A stretch of DNA of 64,000 bases from Podarcis gaigeae (GCA_964106915.2 OZ066917.1); one strand, 5' to 3'; positions 24,900 through 38,859 are shown, counted from the first letter of the stretch. Translations and numbers: made by a program. The notes: generated by a model from the sequence alone, not told the origin.

Positions 24900-25527
24900 C
24901 TGCATCAATAGGAGTATAGCATCTAGATCAAGGGAAGTAATAGTGCCACTGTATTCTGCTCTGGTCAGACCTCACCTGGAGTACTGTGTCCAGTTCTGGG
25001 CACCACAGTTCAAGAAGGACTCTGACAAACTGGAACGTGTCCAGAGGAGGGCAACCAAAATGGTCAAAGGCCTGGAAACGATGCCTTATGAGGAACGGCT
25101 AAGGGAGCTGGGCATGTTTAGCCTGGAGAAGAGGAGGTTAAGGGGTGATATGATAGCCATGTTCAAATATATAAAAGGATGTCACATAGAGGAGGGAGAG
25201 AGGTTGTTTTCTGCTGCTCCAGAGAAGCGGACACGGAGCAATGGATCCAAACTACAAGAAAGAAGATTCCACCTAAACATTAGGAAGCACTTCCTGACCA
25301 CAAGGGCCATCGAGTCCAACCCCCTGCCAAGCAGGAAACACCATCAGAGCACTCCTGACATATGGTTGTCAAGCCTCTGCTTAAAGACCTCCAAAGAAGG
25401 AGACTCCACCACACTCCTTGGCAGCAAATTCCACTGTCAAACAGCTCTTACTGTTTCCTGCTTGGCAGGGGGTTGGACTCGATGGCCCTTGTGGTCTCTT
25501 CCAACTCTATGATTCTATGATTCTATG
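24900..25527 (+). mobile_element. 5'-truncated CR1 LINE (RT C-terminus + 3' UTR) with an internal inversion
   Basis: Translation [40 protein letters not shown]...[11 protein letters not shown] is the CR1 ORF2 C-terminus; (ATTCTATG)n tail at ~25505-25527. Confidence 0.95.
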
Positions 25528-26089
25528 AACTCTCTACCAGCCTGTAACTGTGTTTAATTCCCTCCCACTGCAATCAATAGTACAGAATTATTATTTTTTT
25601 AAGGGCTGTTCTCCACACCTCTTGCCCTGTGAAACAAGAGGATGGGGCAATCACTCTGCAGGCGGGTTTCTGGGGTCTCTATCCCCCCCACCTCAGCATA
25701 ATGCTGACTTGGGATTATTCAACCTCACATTTATTATGGCACAAGCTTTCCTGTATTAGAGTCACCAGACACATCTGCTGTAGCGGACTCTAGAATACCA
25801 AAATTAGGTCATAATAAACATTATGAATGATGTACAATGTAAGTGTTTCTGCTTGCCAGACACAACAATCCCCACTTCTCTCTCCCAAGATGCTGTTCTG
25901 GGTTCTCGAGATCCTCAAAGTGGATTTGGGTAAGGAAAGGGGTGGTCTATATGGAGCTTGACAACCTGCAGGATCTTACTGCTCATGGAACGTTTATGAA
26001 TGACTAGTGGAAAGAGCTTGGCATGGTGGGACAACAGGTTTTGTGCTCCTGCAACAGAGTGCTAGATAGATCTATCTATCTAGCATACA

Positions 26090-27500
26090 TACTGTTTGAT
26101 TGTAACAAAACCACAACACAGCTTACAATAAATTAAAGTTATCAATAGAAACAGTTAAAAACAATAGTTAGAACATTTAAAAGACTATTAAAACCAACAG
26201 TAAACCAGAAAGAGATTAAAACACACAAACATCTACATGTCTGGATAGGCTTGCCTAATCAAAAATGTTTTAAGCAGGTGGAGGAAAGAATATAACAGGC
26301 ACCTGCCTTAATGCAATAGGCAGGGAGTAACAAAGTATTATTGACAGATATTACATGGCACCTGTAACAGATTTAGTTCTGTAGATTGAAACAGCCATGT
26401 GGGCACTGAGATGATCGCACAACTAAACTGGTCCCAACGTGTTAAGAGTGTTATATGCAGTAACACACTGAACTTTGCCTGGTAACAAATCTGCAACCAG
26501 TGTAGGAGCAGAGGTGTTATTTGCTGGCAGAGTCTCACTCCTGTTAGCAACCACACTTCAGTGTTTTCCACTAACTGCAGTTTCTAGATCAAGCACAAGC
26601 ACAAGGGAAGTCCCAGATATAATAATCCAATCCTCAAGTCACCAATGCCTGAACTGTGGTCTCCCAGTTTAGGAACTGTCACAGCTGTCACACCAGGTGC
26701 ACTAAGGCTATCAAAGCTTCCAAAGCTGGGTCCAGAAGTGCCCCCAAACAGTGTACCTGCCCCTTCAGAGGGAGCGCAACCCCACCTAGGGCAGGCCACT
26801 GACCAATTTCTCAGACATGGGAATGACTCAGCCACAGAGCTCCCCTGAATATCAAAGAGCCACTCAGGATCCACAACACTGGAGAGGATGTTCAGAAGCA
26901 ATCACATCAACTGTCCATTTCATCTTGCTACTCTGTAGTAAGACCAGGGCTTCAAAAGCATAAAATCAGCTTTCTCCACTAGGAAGCCCCTCAGACAATT
27001 CAAAAACACATCAGCTTCCATCAGTCTCTGAATGGGCCCATCAACCGTATGGGGGGGAATAGTCGCTACCAGATCCAACCATGACAAGGGAGTGGTTTGC
27101 ACACTTTTGGACCACCCAACGTATTACTACTACATCAAGGGTGTGCCCTACAAAATGTATTGGACTGATGACCATTTGAGGCAGCTCCATGATATTCATG
27201 AAGGCCATGAAGTCCTGTGCTGGCCCAATGGCAGCCCCTGTGTGGATGCTATTGTCTTGGGGTCCTCCCAACACCACACCAGCTCAGTCAGGGATACTGC
27301 TGGGCAACAGGGTGGCTGATCTCACTTGCCCAATGCCAGGTGTAGACCCTCTAAGCTTATCACAAGAGGTCTTCTAGTAAAGAAGTCTCTGCTTGTAGGA
27401 ATAGAAACACCCCCTTCTCCCTAGTCTAGCCTGGTGTTGTACCAAGTACACAGCTGACTTAGGTCAAGACCACCCAGTTCACTCATTCAAGTCTCAGTAA
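26090..27500 (-). mobile_element. Decayed, internally deleted L2 LINE
   Basis: Minus-strand peptides AQDFMAFMNIMELPQMVISPIHFVGHTLDVV (endonuclease), GVALPLKGQVHCLGALLDP and LLTG...QITPLLLHWLQICYQAKFSVLL (L2 C-terminus). Boundaries approximate. Confidence 0.72.
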
Positions 27501-27946
27501 TAAATGCCAAGTCAGCACCTTCAAAGAATCATAAAATCACAGAATCCACAAGCGAGTCATGGATTAGCATGGTCTTATTATGCGCTTTCCTGGCATTCAA
27601 TAACAGCACCACCAGATCAGAGGGCTCACAGAAAAGCTACCAGTAACATCTGGAGGAGCCGGAGGGTTGAAATGGGAAACAGGGACAAATATTTAGGCCT
27701 GCACACCAGGTGATCAGCCCCTCCACTCTGACGCTAGCTTCCCCTGTCCACCACTGCCAAAACTGGAACAGCATCTACTTACATAGATCTCTTTGTTAAA
27801 ACCCTATTGATAGCAGTGAAAATGTTGGATCGTGTTTTGACAGAAAACAATCTGAAATAATTTTTCGTCTTGGGCGGGGAACTGAAACAGTAACTGAGTT
27901 CATTTAAATTAATGTAGATGCATATATGCATAGAGTATAAACCCTA

Positions 27947-28302
27947 GGGACGCGGGTGGCACTGTGGGTTAAACCACAGAGCCTAGGACTTGCCAATCAG
28001 AAGGTCGGCGGTTTGAATCCCCATGACGGGGTGAGCTCCCGTTGCTCGGTCCCTGCTCCTGCCAACCTAGCAGTTCAAAAGCACGTCAAAGTGCAAGTAG
28101 ATAAATAGGTACCGCTCCAACGGGAAGGTAAACAGTGTTTCCGTGCACTGCTCTGGTTCGTCAGAAGCGGCTTAGTCATGCTAGCCACATGACCCGGAAG
28201 CTGTACGCTGGCTCCCTCAGCCAATAAAGCAAGATGAGCGCCACAACCCCAGAGTCGGTCACAACTGGACCTAATGGTCAGGGGTCCCTTTACCTTTACC
28301 TT
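27947..28302 (+). mobile_element. Sauria SINE (Squam1), full length
   Basis: GGGACGCGGGTGGCACTGTGGGTTAAACC head, (TTTACC)n tail; near-TSD TATAAACCCTA (27936-27946) / TATAAATCCCTA (28303-28314). Confidence 0.95.
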
Positions 28303-31300
28303 TATAAATCCCTATCTGCATAGAGTAGTTCTGTACTGGTCCTCAGAATTAGACCACAAAATGGTGTAATGGACATAAGACTTTGCAAATCAGCACTTCA
28401 ATAAAGAAGAATCAAACAAAACCTTCCTAACATTGACAAGAATATGAACTGTTGAGGAATTCGCTGCTTTACCCCAGAAAAACTTCCTACTATCAGCTGA
28501 CACTGCTGAGTCTTCCAAAATAAGCAAATGATAGTGACGCTGAATATGTAATATGAGTGCTGGATTTCTTTAATGAAAAACCAACTGAGATGTTTAAGCA
28601 TCTCTTCCATGATTTATATTATGAATAAACCAATGCTCTGATCCAATTACAAAACATCTAAGTTCCCTTTGACCAGACAGAACAGTTCAACTTTCAGGAT
28701 ACATAAACTGTTTATTTATTTAAAAGGCAGGCAGAGATATTGCAACAACTTTCTCAATTTAAACTGACAAATAAACTCTTGTGCATATGAATTAAAATTG
28801 TAATTTGCAGGAACTACTTCGTTTTAATTCACAGTGGTAGAGGTAGAAATGTTCTTTATCCACACTTGCAGGAGTCAAGGAAGACAATTGCTTGAGAGAG
28901 TATAGATAACCAGCAACAGTTCACAAACTTTAAAAGGCTGCCATTTTTAATGTACTTCCCCCCTCACAGGTGGTGACATTGCATATCTGTTACCTCTGCA
29001 TGCTTGTTACGTTATTTTGTCCCAGCATTGTCTCTGCTCAAACAGGTTTGCAATAATTTCTTGTGCTTTATAAACCCATGAAACCTGCATAACAAGTAAC
29101 AACAACAGGAGAAAATAAATGAGTTGTAGAGCTCTACTGTGCAATCTTCGAATCTGTTAAAAATGCCATACAGTGATTACGAAAATGATTCTCACCATAT
29201 TGCTACTTGTGATGGCTGTTGGGACCTTCTCATTTCCAGACAGGATACACACATACAAATCTACCCAGCAACAACATGTAGGTATTCCCATGCCATTTGG
29301 AACGATAGCTTGAGGGTACCGGGGGGGGGGGGGGAATGTGAGGACTAGACACTGAAAGGAGTCCATGCACAGGCAAAATATTAAGCAGAACCAATCTCTT
29401 CCTTCAAGTGCCCATGGCAGGTGGAGTGAAAGGCCCTGAGCCCTGGTGTTTTGTTGTTATTCTGCAGAAGACCTTAGATATCCTACCCTTAAAAAAAACC
29501 AAAACACTAAAATTTAAAAATAGGGATACAGTTGTTGAGTGCATGACAGAGTGGCAGGCTGGAGAGTTTCGTTTGTTATGAAAATTAAGTTTAATGGGCA
29601 TGGGCTCACCCATGTGTACTCTTACCTTTGCCCACTAATGTAGCTCCTGTCATGTTGCACGTGGGGGAATGTGGCCTTTCCTGCCCAGCCACAATCAGGA
29701 GCAGAGCTAATGCGGCCTCCTGAGCAAGGACTAATTTTGATGTGCTCCCCCCCAACAATTTCGTTCTTATTTTCACAATAATTCCTTTTGGCACAGTTGC
29801 TGGTTTCTGGCTCTTCTCAGTAGGTACCCATATAAATATAGGTTTGTCATCATTATTTATTTTGCGCCCCCTCAGCTCAGCACCCTGTGAGGGGGGAATC
29901 ACTCGAATCACCCTAAATCGGGTGCTGGCCACAAACCTGACAGATATCACCACACAGTGTAACTGAATTAGAAAAGAATAATTACAGCCTCCCCCCGAAC
30001 ACAGCATTTATTTATTTATTATAGAGAACAATACGAGTGCTAGCTATACCATTAAAGTAACTTCTAGTTGGGCTCTCTGTGTAACAAATCGTGCGACTGC
30101 ACAGAATTTAACTAGAGAGCTATAGATGCTCTTTCCAACTTTATGAGCTATTTGCCCAAGGACAAAAGGACTAGACAAGCAGCTACTATAACCGGTGCAA
30201 CTTGAGGCAGATTGGCTTTCACAGTCAGATGGATGGAATGGATGATACATGAGGTTCTTTCTCAATTCTACGACTGTTTAAATTTTTTGCACTGAATTCT
30301 ATTGGCTTGTAAATATGTCCCTATAGTTTGAGGGTCTTATAGCTCAGACAAAATTCCTGTCGTTTCAGACATTTTGCATGAAAAAGAAACAAATGAAATT
30401 AGCATGTTTAAAGGCAAACGCCTTTAAAACCGAGTCAGAATTTCCTAATAAGCAATAGATTTACCGAGTGCAAAGGAGACTCACAAAAACTGTGAATAGT
30501 TTAATTGTCTCATAAACATATGATGCATCTCCTATGAAGTCATTATGAATGGCTGTCCAAATCAGAACTGCAGAACAGTTTTTTGGGGGGAGAATGCTCC
30601 AAATTCTGAGAGCCCAATGTCTTGAAGGAGGTTATAACTACTCCATGTAATTTTGGAAAACAGAATTATTACCGTAAACGAACACAGTGCATGGTCCCAA
30701 AATCAACCTATTAATATCCTATTAAACTGGAATAGATTCACTTCAAGAGGAAACATGAATTCATATGAAGGCTGCACAGGAAGAGTTGGAATATTAGCAT
30801 TGATTCTTTTTTAAAAAAATCTTTATTCAATAAAGTTCTAGTGTGAAATATTGCAGGCTTTTCATCTGCCATTTATGCTCTTTTCTGTCTGATAATTAAG
30901 GTAGGTAACTAGTCAATGAAGTCTGGAATTTGCCATTGTAATCAAGTGTTATTGTAAATGGCAATCAGATATTTACAAAATAACTAGAAATGTTTTTGGA
31001 GGGGGAGGGAGAATGGGAGGGAGGTTACAAACCGGCTTCTTTTGCCTGTTCAAAGTCAAAAATAATGGTGTCTGGTCCCCAAAGGATTCACTNNNNNNNN
31101 NNNNNNNNNNNNNNNNNNNNNNNNNNNNNNNNNNNNNNNNNNNNNNNNNNNNNNNNNNNNNNNNNNNNNNNNNNNNNNNNNNNNNNNNNNNNNNNNNNNN
31201 NNNNNNNNNNNNNNNNNNNNNNNNNNNNNNNNNNNNNNNNNNNNNNNNNNNNNNNNNNNNNNNNNNNNNNNNNNNNNNNNAGTTTTTATTATTATTATTA

Positions 31301-33131
31301 TCATGCACAACAGATCAAATTGCAACTGTTTGTGCAGTCCAGTGATGCTCCATTTCTGTCGTTTTGAGTGAATACCAACTGCACAATAACAGCTTTGCCA
31401 AAAGCATTATTCTTCTGCCCTTTCTAATAAGTGAAGGTCTTGTTGATTTAAATACTCTATAGGACATGGAAATGATTTCATTATTGCACCCAGCTATGTT
31501 TTCTCAGGACAAGATGGAAAACTTAGCAGGTGGGTAGATTAGATAAAGAGAGGTGAGTCTGTACTACTCAAAATGGTGCAAGGAGGAAACATCCATTTTA
31601 ATGCTCACTCTCCTTTGCCACAGACTCCCTTCAGAAATGATGCTTAAGGAATTTAATGCTAATGTTAATATTCACTAAGTCCAGATTTTTCTTTTAAAAA
31701 GTAGAAGTGTAACTAAAGGGAGAACATAGCAACAGGACTAGGTGAAAATTTCAATCAGGTTGTAGCAGAGCCAAGCCCAGATCCCCCTGCCTCTTTTTAA
31801 ATAAAATAAATAATAATCACTTGCTGCCATGGATTCTTTCCTCCTTCCCAGCAAGGTGAAGAAGATTCCCATTATTCATAAACCCCGAAACAAGCCAGCA
31901 CATAAGTGCTAGCTTGTTTTACTGCCCAGTATGCAAGGATCTCCAGCTTTAACCATTTTCAGACAGTTTTCTGGCTTTGCTAGGTGATAACTACAGTTAC
32001 TAATATGTGTGGACCGAGTGAATCTACAAGTTCCTCTCAGACTGGAGGCAATCATGCGCCTCCCCCCAAGACACAGAGCATAGCTTGGAATTTTATTTGT
32101 TAAGTACTCAAACTTCTTTAGGAGAATAGCTGCTTATGCCATCTTTTCATGCAACCACAGATTACCTAATGAACCACATAAATTTGGATATTTCTTGAGT
32201 AATCTAGAGCTTGTTCTTGGTTGTCTCATTCGCCCTGTCTGGCCAGCTTGTACACATGTGATAGACTGGTAAACTGAGATGAAAGGCAATCAGAGGGTTC
32301 AGTGCAACTGGCAGTGACAAGTGTGGTTAAGGAGCATAGTTCCTTACAACAAATTCCCATAGCTCTGCAGCAGGTGTTGCTCAAAGTTATAGAATAATCG
32401 GGACTGGTGGCTGCTACTTCTGTGTAAATAGCAAGCTGAACACCTCTCCCTCAGTTCTCTGTAAGAGACAAATGGGAGTGCATGCTTGATCATCACAAGA
32501 AGTTAGACGAATTTCATTAATTCAAGTCAACTTGATTATATCCTAAGAAATAAATCAGCTCCTCTAGCAAGAAGCCACATTGCACATGATCAAAGGAACC
32601 ACAAGACAATAAACGGCGTGGCCACAGTGTAGCTAAAATAAATGTAAATGACCATCCTATTATGCTTAACTGTAACATCTAATACCACATCGAAATAGCA
32701 AGTTTTTACAGTGTTAGAATATGCTTATTCTTATAAATGGATGAACTTCAAAGAATAGAGAGTTCTATAACTGTGGAATAGCCATCAAAATGCCTTCTTC
32801 CATGTTGCAATTCAAGTGTAATGCAAAGGTGATATTAAAATATACTCTTCTTTGTTGATTTTTCTTATGAGTAAAAGATGCAAACAACAAAAATTAAGTC
32901 TAGCCATCCATCAAAAAGCTGTTTAGGGCTTCTATAGGTTCAAATCTTCACAGTGAATTCTGTCTAAGTAGCATCTGGAACACCAATAAAATATGTCTCA
33001 TGGCCTTCCAGAAGGTGAACAACCCTGTTCAAAACCTCAGACTTTGAACAGTCTTCCAAGTCATCAAGAGCGTACATTGCTCATGTAGTGTTCCAGTGTT
33101 GGGATTATTTCAGATCTCAGCACTGTATACA

Positions 33132-33230
33132 GCAGGGATGGGGAACCTATCGCATTCCAGATGTTGGACCCCAACTTGCATCAGGCTGGCTGGGGATGGG
33201 AGCTGCTATCTAACAACATCGGGAGGGTCA
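33132..33230. mobile_element. Decayed hAT MITE
   Basis: CAGGGATGGGGAACCT...CCAGATGTTGGAC...GGGATGGGAGCTG...AACATCGGGAGGG, same layout as 36970-37105. Confidence 0.5.
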
Positions 33231-36200
33231 TAGTAAAGCACACTTGATGCAAAAGAACCCAAGTTATTGATGTGAGGATCAGTGTTAGCCACAAGTTAAG
33301 CTTTTCAACCCTGAACCATAAAGGTGCTAATGAGAACTGGGGCTTTCACATAACTAGTTTGCCCAACCTATCTCCCTGAGGGACAGCAACGAATATTCAT
33401 GTGTAAAACTTCCCTAGAACTAATAACCCTTAACAGGTAGCCCAGCAAAATGAGAGGCAAAACAACAGCAATGTAGGAGGAAGATGGGTGTGGTTGTGAG
33501 ATATATTTAATCTCTTTAAGCAGATACAACATAAGGTATTTTGGATGCGAAGACATGCTTTGGCTCTTCTCACTGTCACAGTCCTACACCAGGGTGAAAC
33601 TTCTGGTCCAAATTAGGGCAGAAAATTGTTTGACTTCAGCAAGTACCATACTTCAGAAGTAGTAAATCTAGAGACTAGATGCAATGCAGGACTTCACTTT
33701 TCCTCTTTGGGACAAATGTGTGGCAGCTATTAAGGAATAGGATACACGCAAGGATACTCGCGTAGTAGGGCTAAACACATTAATGGCTCTGCAATGATAC
33801 ACTGTACAAGGAATGGCACAGATAGTAGATCACAAGCAGACTAGCCATAAATTACAGCTCTAGCTTCTGATTCACACATCACTACAGAATATCAACTCAG
33901 TTCTTCTGGACAGATACCTCCAATCTTAATCTAAACTTTCTATTGTTTCTAAAAGATTTACTTCCAGGAAATGGGTGAAATTAAGACTGTGACTACACAA
34001 TGCAGGATACTGGGGTGGTTGTGATGGTTTAGAATTAAAAAAACCCCATTCATATTTTGGTTACTTCCAACACCAAAAGCACCTTTCAAAGCTTCTGTCA
34101 TGCTATGAACAGAGATAAACAGTGTGCATCTCTGTCAAAAGGTGTCAGATTCCGCTTTTGAGAACACCAGTTCAAGGAAACGCAAGTTGAAGGGTGGTGG
34201 AAAGATGAGATTTTGGAAATCCATTGCCAGTCAAGATTAGATTAGATAGACCAATGGTCTGACTCAGTATAATGAAGCTTCATTTCTATAAAACTATATA
34301 AATATAATGTAAACTCATATTAAGAAGAAATGCCATTACCACTTTTATAGGAGACTCACCTAAATTCTGGAGTTACCGGTATATTGGTGTAAGTAGACAG
34401 CGAATGGCTGCTTAAGAGATGTTACAGGTATATATTGTAATATTTCAATATTCAAATCCTGTATAGGAAAGCTCATAGTGAAAGGCTTTTCTAGATNNNN
34501 NNNNNNNNNNNNNNNNNNNNNNNNNNNNNNNNNNNNNNNNNNNNNNNNNNNNNNNNNNNNNNNNNNNNNNNNNNNNNNNNNNNNNNNNNNNNNNNNNNNN
34601 NNNNNNNNNNNNNNNNNNNNNNNNNNNNNNNNNNNNNNNNNNNNNNNNNNNNNNNNNNNNNNNNNNNNNNNNNNNNNNNNNNATAGGAAGGATGAGAAGA
34701 AATAAAACTTTCTTATTTTGAGACAGACTATCGGTCTATCTAGTTCAGTATTTTATAAACTGATTTTATAAACTGATTCTCCAGAGCCTTCCCTAGTCCT
34801 ACCTGCAGATGAACCTAGAGAACCTGGGAACTTCTGCATTCTTATATTTTGCATGAAAGCATACACTCTACCAATGAGCTAAGGACCCTTCTGAAGGTTT
34901 ACTTGGGGTAAGAATCATTCAGCACAGCACAACATATTTCTGAGTTAGCAGGATGGGTTTGGGAGAAATAGTACAATGTTTCTGTGTCCCAAAGTGATCT
35001 GCTTTCAGTACTGCACAGTGCGGTATCTAGATGAAGCTCTAGACACCTCAAAGCATCTGCTTACAGTTGCTCCACATTTTGGAGACCCACAAACTTTCTG
35101 TTGCTTTTTGCGCTTATTGTGGGTTTCAAATTAAGAAAGCCAAACATTTTAATGTGCGTATTTCTAATTTACATTTGGGAGGAATGTTACCGAGTTTGAT
35201 CTGAAGCAATAAAAATGAAGGGCAGATGCAAGGGACTCCCCAGCCCAACAGAAACATAACTAGCTGGCACAAGTTACTTATATAATTAAATCCTTCTTTC
35301 ACACTTGCACAAAACAAAATATTATACCCTTCTAAATTCTCTATCAGGTTGCCATAAAGACTGCAAAAGAAAAATAATTCATTCAAACTATTTATTCTAC
35401 TGAGGACAGATTGACAGTATCTCTCTGTGTTTTTGAAAGCTCTTTTAACATTAACTGATACTTTGGTGTGAGAAGAAACTAAAAGCTTTCTACATGTAAA
35501 AGTTCATCGTTTACCTTCTCCCAGCTATCAGATAAAAGCATAAGGGCAATGAAGCCACAGCTCTCAGATTTATTACTCCCAGAGGAGAGAGCCCAAATGC
35601 ATCATCATCAGCAAAGGCAGCAGGTGTGAGCACTGACAAAAGAACAATGTTATACAAAGATGCAATACTGAGACTCGTTAAACCAAGCCTATTAAAGCCA
35701 GCGCCTGCTAAACGGAAAAGGTTTTGTTTGTCATACAAAAGCTGGAATCCGTCTTAACTAGAGAAATACACAAACCAAAATACAGCATGTAATGTTTTAG
35801 CAAACTTTCTTATGAATAGATTGCAACACAAAATGACAGAACTCCCTCAATTGCACTTTTNNNNNNNNNNNNNNNNNNNNNNNNNNNNNNNNNNNNNNNN
35901 NNNNNNNNNNNNNNNNNNNNNNNNNNNNNNNNNNNNNNNNNNNNNNNNNNNNNNNNNNNNNNNNNNNNNNNNNNNNNNNNNNNNNNNNNNNNNNNNNNNN
36001 NNNNNNNNNNNNNNNNNNNNNNNNNNNNNNNNNNNNNNNNCAAAGCAATAATTCATAGATGCCTTTAAAAGGTTTGTACACTAGCACATGCAAAGGAAAG
36101 AGAGAGCTAATCTTTGCTTCAACATCTGTTTGAGCATGTAGTGGCTTAAAGCAATAAGATTGTGAGCTTCTGTGCAGATATCTCTTTTTATACCTGAATT

Positions 36201-36969
36201 ACCTGCCAATGTATGCTATGAACACAATGATTAACTCCATTCTGGTATATACATTTGAACATTTGCTGGTCTAAAGTTGTGCAGCGTGTATGTTCCAAAT
36301 ATTTGAGAATCAATCTATATCCCCTTTTTTGTGAAGCAGCAATTTAAAGAACCAAGCTGCGAATAAGAATCTAAGAAAACGTAGTACCACATCCTCTTGT
36401 ATGGTCATTACCGTGCAAATAATAAATATTGAATATTTATTTTCTAACATGTTAATTCTTCTGTTCCTACAGTTTGAGTACAATATCAGCAAACACATAA
36501 CGATGCTTAGGGATATAGTCATGCTAGTGCAAAAATGTATATAAGGAAGGCCTAATACTTTATGCACATCAAAATATGACTTCCATTCTTCACTTGCTAG
36601 CTTTGGTAGAAAGTAGAAAGCGAGTAGAAATGCTTTCCTCCCTCTCAATAGCAGAATTGCTCTTTGGTACACTCTCTGACTGGCATTAGAGAGGTCATAA
36701 TTTAAGCACCTAGATAGACTAGAGAACAAGCAAACACATATGTCATCTGAGCTGGAGATGAAAGATATGCTAAAGCTTCCCTGACCTTCTGAATCAGCTG
36801 GGGATTATGTGGGGAATCTCCTGCTACTAAGGCAATGTACCTGCTTGGCAAAAAGTCCAAAGCTAGAAGCATAGGATTGTTACAGGTTTGCAGGGGGGAA
36901 AGGGTCTCCTTATAATTTCTGAAATTAGTAAATGTGGTGCTTGATCCATGGATTTTGCAAGGCCTAAAC

Positions 36970-37105
36970 CAGGCATAGGCAAACGTGGCCCTCCAGATGT
37001 TTTGGGACTACAACTCCCATCACCCATAGCTAACAGGACCAGTGCTCAGGGATGGTGGGAGTTGTAGTCCCAAAACATCTGGAGGGCCGAATCTGCCTAT
37101 GCCTG
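36970..37105. mobile_element. hAT MITE (136 bp, foldback)
   Basis: TIR CAGGCATAGGCA / TGCCTATGCCTG; perfect 8-bp TSD GCCTAAAC (36962-36969, 37106-37113); inner arms GGCCCTCCAGATGTTTTGGGACTACAACTCCCA / TGGGAGTTGTAGTCCCAAAACATCTGGAGGGCC. Confidence 0.93.
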
Positions 37106-38349
37106 GCCTAAACAATAAGTCACGCCAGCTTCCTCAGAGAGGTGCCATCACAAAACAAAGGCAGGTGATATCAGAGTCATGATTCTGACAAAAGATGACA
37201 CATTCAGTGTCAAGACAAGAGTGGGGGTCGAGCTCCTGTCCCAGCTGTATGTTAGTTAGCAGAAGACAACAGCAGAGTTGGGAGGGGGAAGTTTCCAGGG
37301 TTACAGGGGGCAAAAAATGCATTATTATTTTTTTACATAAGGCTTGAGTTCCATTTGGAGCAAGGTTTGGGGGGGAAGATGAGGGGAGGGGCTAGAACTC
37401 CATGTGGAACTGGCTGGAGGAGGATGCGGAGAGCATGGCTGGCTTCTTCTCAAGCTGCCTGAGACTATAAGAGAAGCAACAAGAAACACTCTTGATGTGC
37501 AATGTTCTGCCCCTCTCTACATCAATGCTAAGGTGTCTATATGCGTAAATAAATCCATGTATCTCAGCCATGTCTCATTCCGAAGGAACACAAGCCCTGG
37601 TTAAGTGCCAAGACCCCTGGATTCTTGCTACTGCTGGGCAGAGATTGGGGTGGCTGGTAACAGTATACTGCTTAGGGGCAATTCCGGCTTTGTCCAAGGT
37701 GGAACAGGCTTTCCCAGAAATCAACCAAAATAAATCAGGCTGCTCCTAAGCCTCAGTATTTAAGATCTGAAGAATGCAGTGTTAGATTGTTTGTTTAAAA
37801 ATAGATAAGATTTCCTCTCCAAGTTCTCCGTACAAGGAAAAACAGGGTTAAGTGAGAAAGGGCTTTAGTTTTCTGCCTCAGAGCTCCAGCTTGCAATCAG
37901 AAATAAACTTATCAAGACTCTCCTATTTATATCCAATCACAGAGCTTTGGGGAAGGATTTTATTTATTTATTTCATAAAATTTACGAAAAGCAGATGTCG
38001 AAGGAACAGTTAGTGTCAACTGAGCAAGAAACAAAAACTAAGCCTCAACATCTTTTTAATTTATCATAATTCCTGAACACCGACTTCTCTTAAATTTCAC
38101 AGGTTATCAAGGATCACGTCTGCTATTTTCATACAAATTACCCCCAAAAGCCATGGAGGAGGGACGGAATCTATCCCCCTGACTCAAAACCACTAATACT
38201 CCCCATGGAAGGGCTAATACATCTGCACATTCCATCAAGTTCTGCCCAAAAGTAAAAGTTTTAGCAGTTGTTCCATTTTACCCATGTAAGTCAATGGGAA
38301 GCCTCAGGTTTTCTGAAGTGAGGTTCTGATCTGGACCAGAGGTGAAGTG

Positions 38350-38625
38350 GGTCATACCCAAAGCAGTCCAAGTCATTTGGAGAACAGTCTTTAACAAAGG
38401 CATCATGGGCTTTAAAGATGCTCAGACTCAGGACAAAAGGGAAAGAAGGCACATTTGGCAAACCCTCACTGTGATCAACTCCCGCCCGGAAACCTATGTC
38501 TCCACAGTGGAAGGACATGTGGATCCAGAATGGGCCTCCACAGCCACTTATGGACTCACTGTTGGACTCACTTATGGACTCATGAAAGACTATCTTACTC
38601 AGCCACGAATGATCGCCAAAGAAGC
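38350..38625 (+). mobile_element. 3' fragment of a non-BovB RTE-clade LINE
   Basis: WRTVFNKGIMGF...KRERR followed, after a frameshift, by GRTCGSRMGLHSHLWTH, resembling the C-terminal CxxC/H motif of RTE-1-type elements. Confidence 0.6.
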
Positions 38626-38859
38626 AGCAGCTAGCTGGAGCTGATGAGAATTGTAGTCCAAAACATCTGGAGAGCATAAGGTTCGTCAAGACTGGTGTAC
38701 ATTGTTACAAAGTAGGAATATTATCAATAACTATTGCCACATACAAACATGAATGTTACAAAATACCACAAAAGTATGTCGTTTCATCAGAGAAATTGGA
38801 TCTCAAACAAGCTCTCTGAATGTTGGAATATTAAGAACAGTCAAAAGGAGATAGTTCTT

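Noticed and set aside
24814-25512. 232-aa ORF as a host gene
   Set aside because: CR1 ORF2 C-terminus reading through the inverted UTR; no RT core.
36310-36729. 139-aa minus-strand ORF
   Set aside because: Non-ATG start, no motif, composition typical of random AT-rich DNA.
37250-37662. Solo LTR (TG...AATAAA...CA)
   Set aside because: No convincing TSD or left boundary; too weak to call without a library search.
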